NCBI GenBank assembly: GCA_013166775.1
Contig: JABLTJ010000013.1
Location: 14,916-78,915, forward strand
Reading direction: 5' to 3'
Source of the DNA: Promethearchaeati archaeon
Lineage (GTDB): Archaea > Asgardarchaeota > Heimdallarchaeia > Heimdallarchaeales > Heimdallarchaeaceae
Length of the DNA: 64,000 nucleotides
A program made the position numbers and the translations under genes. Of this stretch, positions 1-10,400 are shown one piece after another (within the stretch, counting starts at the first letter, position 1; every line of letters begins with the position of its first letter). The notes below the pieces were generated by a model. The model was not told the DNA's origin and did no database searches. It was given only the letters and a program-made list of their open reading frames with translations.

Positions 1-687
1 TGCATCTTTCAGCGTCCCTATTTTAAGAACAATTTTGATAATTTTAGACCAAGAACTAGGACGTTTAGCAACCAACCACAAAGTTCTCCAAAAAGATTTT
101 TTATTTCTAAGTTCTGGATCAGTAAAACTATCTATCACATCCTGTAGCTCATTAATTACCCTAGGACTGAAATAAGCAATTTCACCTTGGAGTATATTTA
201 TATCTTTGAATCTTCCCACTCCCCTTTTATGATTAGGGATTACAGCTGCTAATATTTCCTCTGGAACTCCACCAATAACAAAATCATACCCTTTCCTCTC
301 ATGAACAGCTTCGATGAATTGATCAATGGCTTCAGCTTGAATTCCTGGACAATCACCGCTACAGAATATTAATTTGTCTGTTAATTTCCCTGCTTTAGTA
401 ATATAATCCAAACCAGCTTTATACTTTTGGCTAATTCGAGAACATGGATCTACAGGTATGAAATGAACAGGATCATTTATTTTTACATCCTTTTCTGTCA
501 AACCTAAGATGTAAACATCGTCTACATATTTCGATTTTAGGAATGCCTCAACTACCCATTCTATTACAGTTTTTCCTAAAAATGGCAATGCAACTTTGGA
601 GGTATATTTTCCATTTGGATCAAGTGCTTTCAATAAATCTCTTCTTTCCAAATCTCTTCCAGCTAGTAATAGAATAGGATATTTCAT
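1..687 (-). CDS. MobA-like NTP transferase / nucleotidyltransferase family protein (3' end runs off the window); paralog of the next gene
   Basis: Not in the ORF track. Manual translation from ATG at 687: MKYPILLLAGRD...SKVALPFLGKTVIEWVVEAF...FCSGDCPGI..., a GT-A-like N-terminal motif. Colinear with 753..1694 (KYPVFVFCGRD...KALLPFLGKRVMDW...SSSDTPGI...KRPS(S/T)W). Confidence 0.75.
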   Translation of the reverse strand, partial: MKYPILLLAGRDLERRDLLKALDPNGKYTSKVALPFLGKTVIEWVVEAFLKSKYVDDVYILGLTEKDVKINDPVHFIPVDPCSRISQKYKAGLDYITKAGKLTDKLIFCSGDCPGIQAEAIDQFIEAVHERKGYDFVIGGVPEEILAAVIPNHKRGVGRFKDINILQGEIAYFSPRVINELQDVIDSFTDPELRNKKSFWRTLWLVAKRPSSWSKIIKIVLKIGTLKDA

Positions 688-752
688 AACGTTATACTAA
701 TTTAAGATTATATTATTTAAAGCATTCCAGTGCAACTATAGCAATTTCAGGT

Positions 753-1694
753 TTACTTAACACCGGGAATATAGGGAATATTCTTTGTTTTACTTACATA
801 TCTCTTTAGTTTTTCATAATCTTCAGGAAGATCCATGTCCATTCCAAAAGCTGCATCAGAGATAATAACAGCCTTAGCAGTTACTTTAGCCATTCTAGAA
901 ACTAGCTTTTCTGCTCCTGCTAAAGAAAGCCTCCCCATTATGAATTTTAAAATCAAAAACCAAGTACTAGGACGCTTTAAAACAAGTTTAACAATTGGTG
1001 TGACAGCACTCATTTTCTTTGTTCGTTTGTTTATTTTTATTTTTCTTCGCCTACTACCTATTTCACTAATTATGTTATTTCTTTGCACTATCCCATATTC
1101 ACTCATTGCGAAAAGTTCTCCTGGAAAAACATGTATATCAGAAAGTTTACCTACAACTCTCTGATGGTTAGGAAATACTTTCTTTGTAACATCATCAGGA
1201 ACTACTGATTGAACATAATCATAGTGTTGCAAATCCTCTATTGCTTCAAAGAATTGATTTATTCCTTCAACTGTAATTCCAGGTGTATCTGATGAGGAAA
1301 CTACAATGAATGTGTTATCTTTTCCTACAGAACGCAGATATTTAATTCCTGCTAATAATTTTTCTGCATACGTTGAAGCTGTTGGAACATCAACATAGTG
1401 TACAGGATAATCAAATTTTGCCATGTCTTCAGTTATTCCTAGAAGATACAAATCCTCTACATGTGGACTCTTACGTAATTCTTCTAGCTGCCAATCCATT
1501 ACTCTTTTTCCAAGAAAAGGTAGAAGAGCTTTGGTGTTGTATTTACTATCTGGATCTAGTTCCACTATCAATTTTCGCTTTTCATAATCTCTTCCACAGA
1601 ACACAAACACAGGATATTTCGTAACCAAATTGATAACCAAATTTAAGAAAATCTCATCATTTAAAAAATATTGGTTGCGATTATCACTTTCCAC
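753..1694 (-). CDS. MobA-like NTP transferase / nucleotidyltransferase family protein
   Basis: KALLPFLGKRVMDW, SSSDTP and C-terminal MDMDLPEDY (DxDxPED) motifs. True start is probably near 1628 (TTG) by alignment with the paralog. Confidence 0.75.
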   Translation of the reverse strand: MESDNRNQYFLNDEIFLNLVINLVTKYPVFVFCGRDYEKRKLIVELDPDSKYNTKALLPFLGKRVMDWQLEELRKSPHVEDLYLLGITEDMAKFDYPVHYVDVPTASTYAEKLLAGIKYLRSVGKDNTFIVVSSSDTPGITVEGINQFFEAIEDLQHYDYVQSVVPDDVTKKVFPNHQRVVGKLSDIHVFPGELFAMSEYGIVQRNNIISEIGSRRRKIKINKRTKKMSAVTPIVKLVLKRPSTWFLILKFIMGRLSLAGAEKLVSRMAKVTAKAVIISDAAFGMDMDLPEDYEKLKRYVSKTKNIPYIPGVK

Positions 1695-1771
1695 AGAGGA
1701 GGGAATATGAGATTGTACATATGTTTAAATATCCTCTAGACGTGTGTTTGTTTGCAGATATTGGTGATTAA

Positions 1772-2251
1772 ATGGCCTTAAAAGATGGTGATGTTTTAAA
1801 ATGGTACCTCAAGGGAGTACAAAAAAGTGCAGAAATTCGTAAAAAAGAGATAGTGGAATTCAAAAAATGGAAAAAAAAGAAACTTCCAGAAGGTATCAAG
1901 TATAAGAAGAAGAAATATCCTGAAGTAGAAAAATGGAAGGAAGAAAAATTAGCAACTTGTGAAACCAACGAAAGAAAAGGGATATGTAGAGGATTTGTTT
2001 TCATGGTTTATGGGCTTAAGTATGCTCTTGAAAGAGTGAAAAATGCCATTGCAGTTGCTTATGTTTGGGTTATATTCTCGATAGGATTTGTTAAGAATTG
2101 GTTAGCCGATGCTTTTAGAATGGGTTGGCTACTAGGAGTTTTCATAATCTGTGCAGTTCTTCTATGGATTTGGAAACCTTTGCGTCCAGCACATAAAGAG
2201 CAACCAGCAGTTAGTACGACACCTGCAAGTACAACACAACAACAATATTAA
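1772..2251 (+). CDS. hypothetical membrane protein with Lys-rich N-terminus
   Basis: 159-aa ORF, GGTGAT RBS upstream, hydrophobic segments in the C-terminal half. Confidence 0.6.
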   Translation: MALKDGDVLKWYLKGVQKSAEIRKKEIVEFKKWKKKKLPEGIKYKKKKYPEVEKWKEEKLATCETNERKGICRGFVFMVYGLKYALERVKNAIAVAYVWVIFSIGFVKNWLADAFRMGWLLGVFIICAVLLWIWKPLRPAHKEQPAVSTTPASTTQQQY

Positions 2252-2305
2252 CCTCTTTGAAGGAAAGCATGAACTCTAATCTTATTCAGATATTTCTTTT
2301 CTTTT

Positions 2306-3058
2306 TCACTTCTTTTTTCCAACAGATGCCAAGTAAATTACAAATTCTTCTTCACCATCTAAACGCATAAGTTCATTGAATTGATCGTCGTGAAATGCAC
2401 CTACAGCACAGACTCCAACGTTAATATTCTCTGCAGCAATGTAGAGATTTTGACATACATGTCCAGCATCAATATGCAGGTATCTATATCCTCTCTCCAC
2501 ATAACGCCAACACATTCTATAAGGAACAGCGACCCAGATAAATGTAACTGCATCGTTTTTCACCATCTTTTGATCATAAGCTGCTTCAACAATTTTATCA
2601 GCAATACCTTCTTCCAAAACATATTCAACCAATTTATGTTCAAGTGCAACGTATCTGTAAATTCCTACCTCTAAAGTTTCAACATTGTTTACAAGCAGAA
2701 ATGTCTCAAAAGCATGTCTAGCTCCTGCAGAGGGCACTGTTCTCAAGGTAGCTGATTCTTGATAAACTTCTTTTACACCTTGAGTACACCATAATAACCA
2801 TGAAAGCTCTTCTAATGTTAACTTATTAACAGAATAGGTTCTAACGCTTCTTCTTTCTTCAATTGCTTTTCTAAGAGGATAATCTTTAATATCCAATTCT
2901 TGAGGTTCAGGTAATTTGAAACTTCTCATTTTGTGTGCATATTCAAGCTCTAATGGAGGTTGAGGAAGTCCAGTTATTTGATCTGAAGTAGAAGTATGTA
3001 CATATGTAGTTTTTTTCATGAATTCTTTTCCAATATGATTTTTTTTCAATTTAGACAC
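2306..3058 (-). CDS. SagB/ThcOx-family nitroreductase-like dehydrogenase
   Basis: RRSVR, LRTVPSAGARH, YRY..IDAGHVCQNLY, CAVGAF motifs. Confidence 0.88.
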   Translation of the reverse strand: MSKLKKNHIGKEFMKKTTYVHTSTSDQITGLPQPPLELEYAHKMRSFKLPEPQELDIKDYPLRKAIEERRSVRTYSVNKLTLEELSWLLWCTQGVKEVYQESATLRTVPSAGARHAFETFLLVNNVETLEVGIYRYVALEHKLVEYVLEEGIADKIVEAAYDQKMVKNDAVTFIWVAVPYRMCWRYVERGYRYLHIDAGHVCQNLYIAAENINVGVCAVGAFHDDQFNELMRLDGEEEFVIYLASVGKKK

Positions 3059-3178
3059 CTTCTAAAATAAATTGAATCGGGTATTATTAATTTTAACCCA
3101 TAAAATGTTAAAATTAAGATCAATTGATGTAATTCGCAAAGAAAAAAGATATAATGAGAACAAAACATAATTAAGCTA

Positions 3179-4885
3179 TTGATAGCTAATACAAATTATT
3201 CTGAAATTTCCACTAGAAAGTATCTGTGCGAAAAAAGATTGAATGATATATTATTCCTTATTCCTATATTTTTTTCCGGAATCGCTTATTTTTTTATACC
3301 TTTTATTTGGATAGCTAAGTTAGAAATAAAGAATACTTTTGTAAACAAAGAGGATTTAATTGCTAATTTGGGGATTATACAAAATGAAACAAATATAATG
3401 CTAGGCATTATGAAAGACATGGAGTTCCAACTAGGAATATTAGTTCTAAGTGGTTTGATTATACTTATTTCAATAATTTTAGCTAGATTTCATCCAAGAA
3501 AAACAGGTTTATTTTTGATCATATTTTCAATCTTAAGGATTGATGAATTTATACGTTTTCAAGCTCAAATACAATACTCTTCTCATGGTGCAGGATCTGC
3601 AATTATGTTTCTTAGAGCAGCAATAATGTATAATTTGGAAATAAATCCAACTTATCTTATTCTTCAATTTTTTATTCACTTAAGTTTAGTTTTTGCAGGA
3701 TTATTTCTTCTATTTCTCCCACTTTCAAAATTTCGTAAAGAATTTACCAAATCTAATAATCTTGAGAAAATCATGAAAACACCAAAAGAGAAATTCATCT
3801 CGAGAGTTACAACATTTTTCCCTTTTTTTGCCATCTTTTCAATTAGTTTGTTAGGAATGCTCATAGCTGCTAATCTACAACTTTTAACTCTTAACTGGGA
3901 AGCTTCTTTATTTATAATTTATTTAGTCTTCATAATTCTTTTAATTATTTTTTTTATGGGGATTATTTTTCTATTAAATAAGATAATAGAACCAATTTAT
4001 CCTCAGAATAAATCTAGAAAAATTACGGAATACATTATTTCAGCATCATTTTTTATTCTATTATCTGTTTTCATCATTTTTTTTTGGGCAGATCAGTTTG
4101 ATACAATTTCTTTAACATTAAATTATATTCTTGTGAATATTTTTGGAAAGACAGGAATAAATCCGGAAAGAAAGCTTGTATTGAGCTCATTAAATTATCT
4201 CTTTGTTTTCATTATTCCTTTATTACTAACATCTCTTGTATTGTATTTTCTAATGAAGAGAAAGATAAAAATTGAGAAAAAAGCAAAGCAAGATTCAGAC
4301 TTTATAGATTTTATAACAAAAACTAAGAAAAGTCACATTTTGACTCTTTTCTTGCTCTTGATAGTTTTTGGGTTACCCTCGAATCTCATACTTCAAGGTT
4401 CAAATATTTTCTCCAGTTTAACAATAACAAATACTTCTGCTTCAGATTCATTTGGACTAAAATGGAATAGTAGTAATATAATACAGATTCTCGATCTGGA
4501 GGTCTTCTCTAATTCCTCTTTTTTTATCAACATTAATTTCACTCATAGTTATCACAATATCCCTTTATTCATGAGACAGGATTTTATTTTTGTGAACCAA
4601 ATTATAGTTGACAGTGATTACAATGATTTTTTTGATTCATGTTGGAATTTCTCTTATTTGGAAATAGTTCCAGCAGAAACCACTTATGAATACAATATTG
4701 GGAATGATACTCGTGGATATAATTTTTATCTAAAAAACTCAGGGGAATATTTGTTAACTGGAACATTTAATGAAAGTGTTGTCATAGGCCAAAAACTGAA
4801 TGTTTTTTTGTCTTTTGAACAATATTCTGAAGTGAATGAAATCATAGTACTTTCAAATATTCAGAATACTACTATTGAACTCTAG
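3179..4885 (+). CDS. hypothetical multi-pass membrane protein with C-terminal extracellular domain
   Basis: About 9 hydrophobic segments followed by an Asn/Ser-rich beta-type domain. Confidence 0.6.
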   Translation: MIANTNYSEISTRKYLCEKRLNDILFLIPIFFSGIAYFFIPFIWIAKLEIKNTFVNKEDLIANLGIIQNETNIMLGIMKDMEFQLGILVLSGLIILISIILARFHPRKTGLFLIIFSILRIDEFIRFQAQIQYSSHGAGSAIMFLRAAIMYNLEINPTYLILQFFIHLSLVFAGLFLLFLPLSKFRKEFTKSNNLEKIMKTPKEKFISRVTTFFPFFAIFSISLLGMLIAANLQLLTLNWEASLFIIYLVFIILLIIFFMGIIFLLNKIIEPIYPQNKSRKITEYIISASFFILLSVFIIFFWADQFDTISLTLNYILVNIFGKTGINPERKLVLSSLNYLFVFIIPLLLTSLVLYFLMKRKIKIEKKAKQDSDFIDFITKTKKSHILTLFLLLIVFGLPSNLILQGSNIFSSLTITNTSASDSFGLKWNSSNIIQILDLEVFSNSSFFININFTHSYHNIPLFMRQDFIFVNQIIVDSDYNDFFDSCWNFSYLEIVPAETTYEYNIGNDTRGYNFYLKNSGEYLLTGTFNESVVIGQKLNVFLSFEQYSEVNEIIVLSNIQNTTIEL

Positions 4886-4888
4886 ATT

Positions 4889-5734
4889 TTAGTTTCTTTT
4901 AGTAAATGAAGCTACTATCATACCATAATATGTTGGGCATTCATAGATACAAAGATTATTTCTTAAATTCGTTTCTTCAAGAATTCCTTGTAGAATCAAC
5001 ATCTGCCACACACTATCAGGTTTTGCATGATCAACGAATACTTCAGTGAAATCCAATAATTTGTGTAGTTCATCTCTTTGAATCATTTGGTATACTTTGT
5101 CATCGAAAATTTTTGAAGCTGTATCATAGCCATAAGGCCCTTCTTCATCATGTGCATGCCCATGATCTGCGCTAGCAATAAAAACTACCTCTTTGTTTTC
5201 GCTAATGCTCAGTTGGTTGATTATTCTTCCTACCTCGATTAAATTTTCCCAAGGAATTTCTCTAGAAGGAGTTATGAGAACCATTGGAGGAATTTCTAGT
5301 TTGTTCTTTGTATAAATTTGGTTTATGAACCACATTGGAATAAAAGTTCCCCAATCCATTATCATTGCTGAAAATTCTCCATCTGCAGCCCCATAATTCA
5401 CTGAAACAACGGGAAGGTCAGCTTGTTTTATGTTTTTATAAAGTGTTAATCCAAACTCTCTTTCACATGAGAATTTCAGTTCCACTGATTTGGTTTTATC
5501 TTCATTCCACCATGTTCCTTGGCACCATTCAGTTGTAATTACGCCTATTTGTCCATCAATTCTTAGATTATGTGGAGATGATATGACTATAATATCTGGT
5601 TTACAAGCGAATATTTCTTTGGCTACATCTTCCATTCCTTTAATCAATTTCTTCCAGTCTTGTCCAGTATTTGGATATAACTCAGGTATAAGATCAAATC
5701 CATGAGGTAGGATTGCTGAATAATTTATAGGCAT
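4889..5734 (-). CDS. class III extradiol ring-cleavage dioxygenase (LigB/Memo-like)
   Basis: LPHG, SPHN, MDWGTFIP, ASADHGH and YGMIVA motifs. Confidence 0.78.
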   Translation of the reverse strand: MPINYSAILPHGFDLIPELYPNTGQDWKKLIKGMEDVAKEIFACKPDIIVISSPHNLRIDGQIGVITTEWCQGTWWNEDKTKSVELKFSCEREFGLTLYKNIKQADLPVVSVNYGAADGEFSAMIMDWGTFIPMWFINQIYTKNKLEIPPMVLITPSREIPWENLIEVGRIINQLSISENKEVVFIASADHGHAHDEEGPYGYDTASKIFDDKVYQMIQRDELHKLLDFTEVFVDHAKPDSVWQMLILQGILEETNLRNNLCIYECPTYYGMIVASFTKRN

Positions 5735-5833
5735 AATTAGACATTCGAGTTGTATTTTTTTAGTCTTTCCTATAAATCTGATAAATTCAAAGTCACAAGA
5801 GATAAAGATAAAAAATCGTTTTAGAATTGGATA

Positions 5834-7414
5834 TTGATGAGCAAACGATGGGGATTGGGTTTAAGCATTCTTTTCATAATGGCTTTCATAGGGCAGACTC
5901 ATTCACCATCAATTTATTCTAATAACATAAAAACTATGTTAGGAAATCCAGATATAACCATCAAGGAGGGTAGTTTTGATGGTTACAATCTTTTTGTGCT
6001 GGAACGAAAATTTGTTTCAAATTGGACAACAATAGATATGAACCTTTTAATTGTAGATATGGAAGGTCAAGTTCATTATCAAAGGCAGATAGCTGATGGA
6101 ATAATTTTAGCTGATTATTCTGCTGAATTTGTAAATTCTACTACAATTCTTTTTGGAGATTCAAGTGGAGCTAATTTGTGGAACATCTATACTGATGAAG
6201 TTGAGAAATTATCAGTTTTAGGGCATCACGATTATGAAATGAATATGAATAATAACTCCATTTTTACATTAACTTCCTTTCTAGAAGAAATAGAATCAGT
6301 AGAATACAGATTTGATAAAATAATAGAAGTCGATTTAACTACAGGTTTGAAAATTTGGGAAGTAGATACTCAGTCATTTATTTCACATAATCACTATTGT
6401 CCCTATCTAGATTCTGAGGAAGATATAGCAGATCTTACTCATTCAAATACTATCATATATGATGATCAAGATGATACTATTTATCTAAATTGCCGAAATA
6501 CTAACACATTCTACAAATTAGATCATAAAACTGGTGATTTAATCTGGGCTTTAGGAGAGTACGGAGATTTTGATCTATTTGATATAGATGGGAATCAGAA
6601 GGATATCCTCTTCTATCATGGTCATGCTCTTGAGAAGATTAGTGACGATACTTTCATCTACTTTGATAATGATGAACATAATCAGGATAATCTATTGCAA
6701 CACAAATCTAGAATAATAGAGATACAAGTCGATGAAGTTGAAAAAAAAGCACAGATTGTATGGGAATGGGCTTCCCCTAGCAAATATTTCTCAGCTTGGT
6801 GGGGGGATGCAGATAAACTCCCAAATAATAACAGACTTGGGACTTTTGGAACGATGTATCATGAGGGCTCAACTGCTATTGGAGCAAGACTGGTTGAAGT
6901 TGATAACTCAGGAGAGATTGTTTGGGAGATGAATTTCCCTAAAGAAGGTGAAATTGGATATGGTGTTTATAGTATGGACAGAATACATTTTTCACCAATA
7001 ATAGGAATAAACACAACCTATTGGGTAAAATCAGGTGAAGAAGCATCGGTAAATTGGCAAGCTTATAATAATTTCAGAAATAAATACCCATTATTTGGAA
7101 AGTATAGAGTATTTCTTGAAGGGGATTTAGTTGACAATGATAATGTAGAATTCACTCGATATTGGCAACCAACTGATTTAGATGTTAATCTTGGTTTACT
7201 TCAGGATGGTGAGTATAATTTAACTATCCAACTTGAGGATGATTCCAATCACATAAAAACACAATTTGTTAATCTCACTGTATCCAAATACCCTCCAGAA
7301 GAAACTAATAGAAATGATGGTTTTGGTATTCTTTCAACGTCCTATGCTTTTTTATTTATGATAACATTTGTTATCTATTCTAAAAAAAGAAAACAAAACT
7401 TTAGAGAAAAATAG
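5834..7414 (+). CDS. aryl-sulfate sulfotransferase (ASST)-like secreted protein with C-terminal membrane anchor
   Basis: Signal peptide; HHD, THSN, HGH, FDN, WGDADKLPNNN motifs; C-terminal TM plus KKRK. Confidence 0.78.
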   Translation: MMSKRWGLGLSILFIMAFIGQTHSPSIYSNNIKTMLGNPDITIKEGSFDGYNLFVLERKFVSNWTTIDMNLLIVDMEGQVHYQRQIADGIILADYSAEFVNSTTILFGDSSGANLWNIYTDEVEKLSVLGHHDYEMNMNNNSIFTLTSFLEEIESVEYRFDKIIEVDLTTGLKIWEVDTQSFISHNHYCPYLDSEEDIADLTHSNTIIYDDQDDTIYLNCRNTNTFYKLDHKTGDLIWALGEYGDFDLFDIDGNQKDILFYHGHALEKISDDTFIYFDNDEHNQDNLLQHKSRIIEIQVDEVEKKAQIVWEWASPSKYFSAWWGDADKLPNNNRLGTFGTMYHEGSTAIGARLVEVDNSGEIVWEMNFPKEGEIGYGVYSMDRIHFSPIIGINTTYWVKSGEEASVNWQAYNNFRNKYPLFGKYRVFLEGDLVDNDNVEFTRYWQPTDLDVNLGLLQDGEYNLTIQLEDDSNHIKTQFVNLTVSKYPPEETNRNDGFGILSTSYAFLFMITFVIYSKKRKQNFREK

Positions 7415-7423
7415 AAGGGGATG

Positions 7424-8725
7424 TTATGATTTTAACTCATAAGCATCTAAATCTCTCAATCTAAAGGAAAATATAGCAGCGATTGCCAGTATTACAGCAT
7501 AGAGAATGAAATTAAATACATCATTATCGAAACCAAACATTACAATTGTAATAAGAGCTATTCCGCCTAACTGTCCTATCCACATTAACCAACCATTAGA
7601 TGTTTCTTCAGGCAATGGATGAGTTATTTCTGCTGCAAAAGTCAACCCTATTGGTAAAGCGGAGATTAATAGAAAACCAAAGAAGAATCCTATGATACAA
7701 TGAGCTATATATTGTGGTATAAAGGAAGTGACATACTTCTCAATTATGAAGAACAACAATGTTAATACAGCTCCGGAAATAGCATTGATAATTAGGAAAA
7801 TCTTTCTTTTCCGATATTTATCTGAAAGCGTAGAAAGCGTAATTGCACCTGCTATACCTCCGACTATCATAGTCCCTCCTAAGATGCCAAAGAGATCATC
7901 AGGAACGAAACCGGGTACAGAAGAATTGAATATTGACTTATACAAATCCGCCATAACCGTGGATACTGCATTGAATGTACCTGCTCCGAATAGGAATAAA
8001 ACTAACAAGATATTAAAATCGCGATTTTTAAAGAGATCCAAAGTTCCCTTAGTCTCGAAAACTTTAGTTTTATCACTATAAGCATTGGCAGGAGTTTCAG
8101 GTTTATCTCTAACGAATAACAAATAGATTACCATGAAAGCGAGGGCAATACCACCATAGATATAAAGCATAACAGTTGGGTCTTGATACCTAGGATCAAG
8201 TGGATCATTTGATACTAGAAATGGTGTAATTAGCATTCCGAGTAATACGCCTAGCAAAACAAACATCGTTCCTAAACTTGTTGCAAGTGCTTTTTCTTTC
8301 TCACCAAACCAATTTGTGGACACTTTTGTAAAGGAATTTAGTAAGAAGGGTTGCCCTATCGCACATCCAATTTGGAAAATTAACACCCAATGATACTGGT
8401 GAGAAACAGCTCTTAAAATCCCGAAAATTCCTGTGAGTATAACTCCTATCCCAGTACCCCATTTCAAACCAAATTTATCGATTGCTAATGCAGCGGGAAT
8501 ATTCATTGGAATATATACAATCATAAACACTAATGAAAGCATGAAAATTGCATTAGTACTTTGACCATAGAAAGAAGTTGCTGACGGAGTAATTGCTGCG
8601 AATGTTATCCAAATTATCTGATTGATTAGTGTCACTAAACCAAATAGAAGCAACACAATCCAACGATAACTGTATACTTTGTAATCACTAATTTCTGTAG
8701 AATTCATACGGTTAGGTAAAATCAC
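7424..8725 (-). CDS. MFS transporter (FLVCR/SLC49-like N-terminus)
   Basis: About 12 TMs; YKVYSYRW start, IDKFGLK and LSDKYRKRK motif-A loops, WFGEKEKALAT. Confidence 0.88.
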   Translation of the reverse strand: MILPNRMNSTEISDYKVYSYRWIVLLLFGLVTLINQIIWITFAAITPSATSFYGQSTNAIFMLSLVFMIVYIPMNIPAALAIDKFGLKWGTGIGVILTGIFGILRAVSHQYHWVLIFQIGCAIGQPFLLNSFTKVSTNWFGEKEKALATSLGTMFVLLGVLLGMLITPFLVSNDPLDPRYQDPTVMLYIYGGIALAFMVIYLLFVRDKPETPANAYSDKTKVFETKGTLDLFKNRDFNILLVLFLFGAGTFNAVSTVMADLYKSIFNSSVPGFVPDDLFGILGGTMIVGGIAGAITLSTLSDKYRKRKIFLIINAISGAVLTLLFFIIEKYVTSFIPQYIAHCIIGFFFGFLLISALPIGLTFAAEITHPLPEETSNGWLMWIGQLGGIALITIVMFGFDNDVFNFILYAVILAIAAIFSFRLRDLDAYELKS

Positions 8726-8867
8726 TAATTTATAAAATTTAATCTTTTGGAGGATTGGGGAATTTCATTTTGTCAGTAAATTTCCACCTTTAAATATTAA
8801 AAATAAACCATGAAATAACAAACTCTTCAGACTCTTCGAAGTACTAATTCTAATGAAATTGTTTCTT

Positions 8868-9719
8868 TTAACCTGTGTATCTAATGAATGTTCCTTCTCT
8901 ATATTCAGTAAAAGCTGTTCTGATTTCTTCTTGAGTGTTCATCACTATTGGCCCATGCCAAGCAACAGGTTCTCCTATTGGTTTCCCAGAGATTAGTAAG
9001 AATCTGAGTAAACTATCTTCTGTTGAGATTTTAATAACATCTCCATCCTCGAAGAGAATAAGATTATCTTTATTTAGAAGAGGATTATGTTCTAAATTGA
9101 AATAACCTTCACCTTGGATAACATATGCAAAAACATTATGTCCTTTCTTTACTCGATGAACAAATTCAGAATCTTGCGTGATTGTTATATCAAGATATTC
9201 AGGTTCTGTGATGATATCTTGAACAGGGCCTTTAGTTCCCTTAACTTCTCCACAAATTATTTTGATTTTAGCACCACCAACTTCGATTTCAGGAATATCT
9301 TCTTTCTTGATATCACGATAACGAGGATTCATCATTTTGTGTGAGCTAGGCAGATTAGCCCATAATTGGAAACCACCCATCAATCCCTCTGCTCTTTCAG
9401 GCATTTCTTGATGAATAATCCCATTTCCTGCAGTCATCCATTGTACATCACCAGATTCAATTACACCTGCGTTCCCAAGACTATCTTCATGTTTAATTTT
9501 ACCATGAAGCATGTAGGTTATTGTTTCTATTCCTCGATGAGGATGCCAAGGAAAACCAGCTATGTAATCTTCAGGATTATCTGAATGAAAGTCATCTAAT
9601 AATAAGAAAGGATCTAATTTTGGATGATCCTGCCCAAAAGCTCTCTTAAGTTTAACTCCAGCACCTTCCATTGTCTCCTTGCTCTTTAAAACACTATGGA
9701 TTTTTCTCTCTTCAAGCAA
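8868..9719 (-). CDS. pirin family protein
   Basis: DPFLLLD, HPHRGIETITY, QWMTAGNGIIHQE, QLWANLP, GPIVMN. Confidence 0.95.
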   Translation of the reverse strand: MLEERKIHSVLKSKETMEGAGVKLKRAFGQDHPKLDPFLLLDDFHSDNPEDYIAGFPWHPHRGIETITYMLHGKIKHEDSLGNAGVIESGDVQWMTAGNGIIHQEMPERAEGLMGGFQLWANLPSSHKMMNPRYRDIKKEDIPEIEVGGAKIKIICGEVKGTKGPVQDIITEPEYLDITITQDSEFVHRVKKGHNVFAYVIQGEGYFNLEHNPLLNKDNLILFEDGDVIKISTEDSLLRFLLISGKPIGEPVAWHGPIVMNTQEEIRTAFTEYREGTFIRYTG

Positions 9720-9883
9720 ATAAGCACCAAAGGTAAGTTTACTAAAGATAATATATAAACTTTATATCTGTAAGGAATTTACAAAATATTCTCAATTATG
9801 TTTACCAAATTTGATTATTTGAGAAATCCTCTTCCTTATATAAGCAAAAATCACTTTGTACATAATAGTTAGGAGATAGAAAA

Positions 9884-10330
9884 ATGGATAAAATAATCTA
9901 CCATTCAATTGTTCTTGAGTGCGTAACTCATACAGCATTTGAATATTTTACTGATAATAAATTACTCGAAGAATGGTTAACAAAAGAAGCAGATGTAGAA
10001 CCAGAAGTAGGAGGAAAATATGAATTATTTTGGGTTCCTGAGGACAAAGAAAATGATAGTACAATAGGATGTAAAATTCTTGCTCTCCAACATGATAAAT
10101 TCCTTTCCTTCGAATGGAAAGGACCTAAAATGTACAAACACTTCATGAATAATGTAAGACCTTTGACTAATGTAGTTGTGACTTTTATTCCAATAGATGG
10201 AGGTACTGAGATTCATTTACTGCATACAGGATGGAGAGATTCACCAGAATGGGAAGAAGCTAGATTATGGTTTGAAAATCAATGGGAATTATCGTTTGCT
10301 AGCCTTCAACAATGCTTAATCAAGGAGTAA
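9884..10330 (+). CDS. SRPBCC/AHSA1-like domain protein
   Basis: L..WL...DVEPEVGGKY, LSFEW, GTEIHLLHTGW...W pattern. Confidence 0.85.
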   Translation: MDKIIYHSIVLECVTHTAFEYFTDNKLLEEWLTKEADVEPEVGGKYELFWVPEDKENDSTIGCKILALQHDKFLSFEWKGPKMYKHFMNNVRPLTNVVVTFIPIDGGTEIHLLHTGWRDSPEWEEARLWFENQWELSFASLQQCLIKE

Positions 10331-10400
10331 GAATATCTCTTCTTGTTAATGATTTCATTTCCAAAAATACTTAAGTATTGAAAAAAAACACTTTAATCCT

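Noticed and set aside
2306-3058. SagB-like dehydrogenase as part of an azole RiPP cluster
   Set aside because: No YcaO/cyclodehydratase or precursor nearby; stand-alone SagB-like nitroreductases are common.
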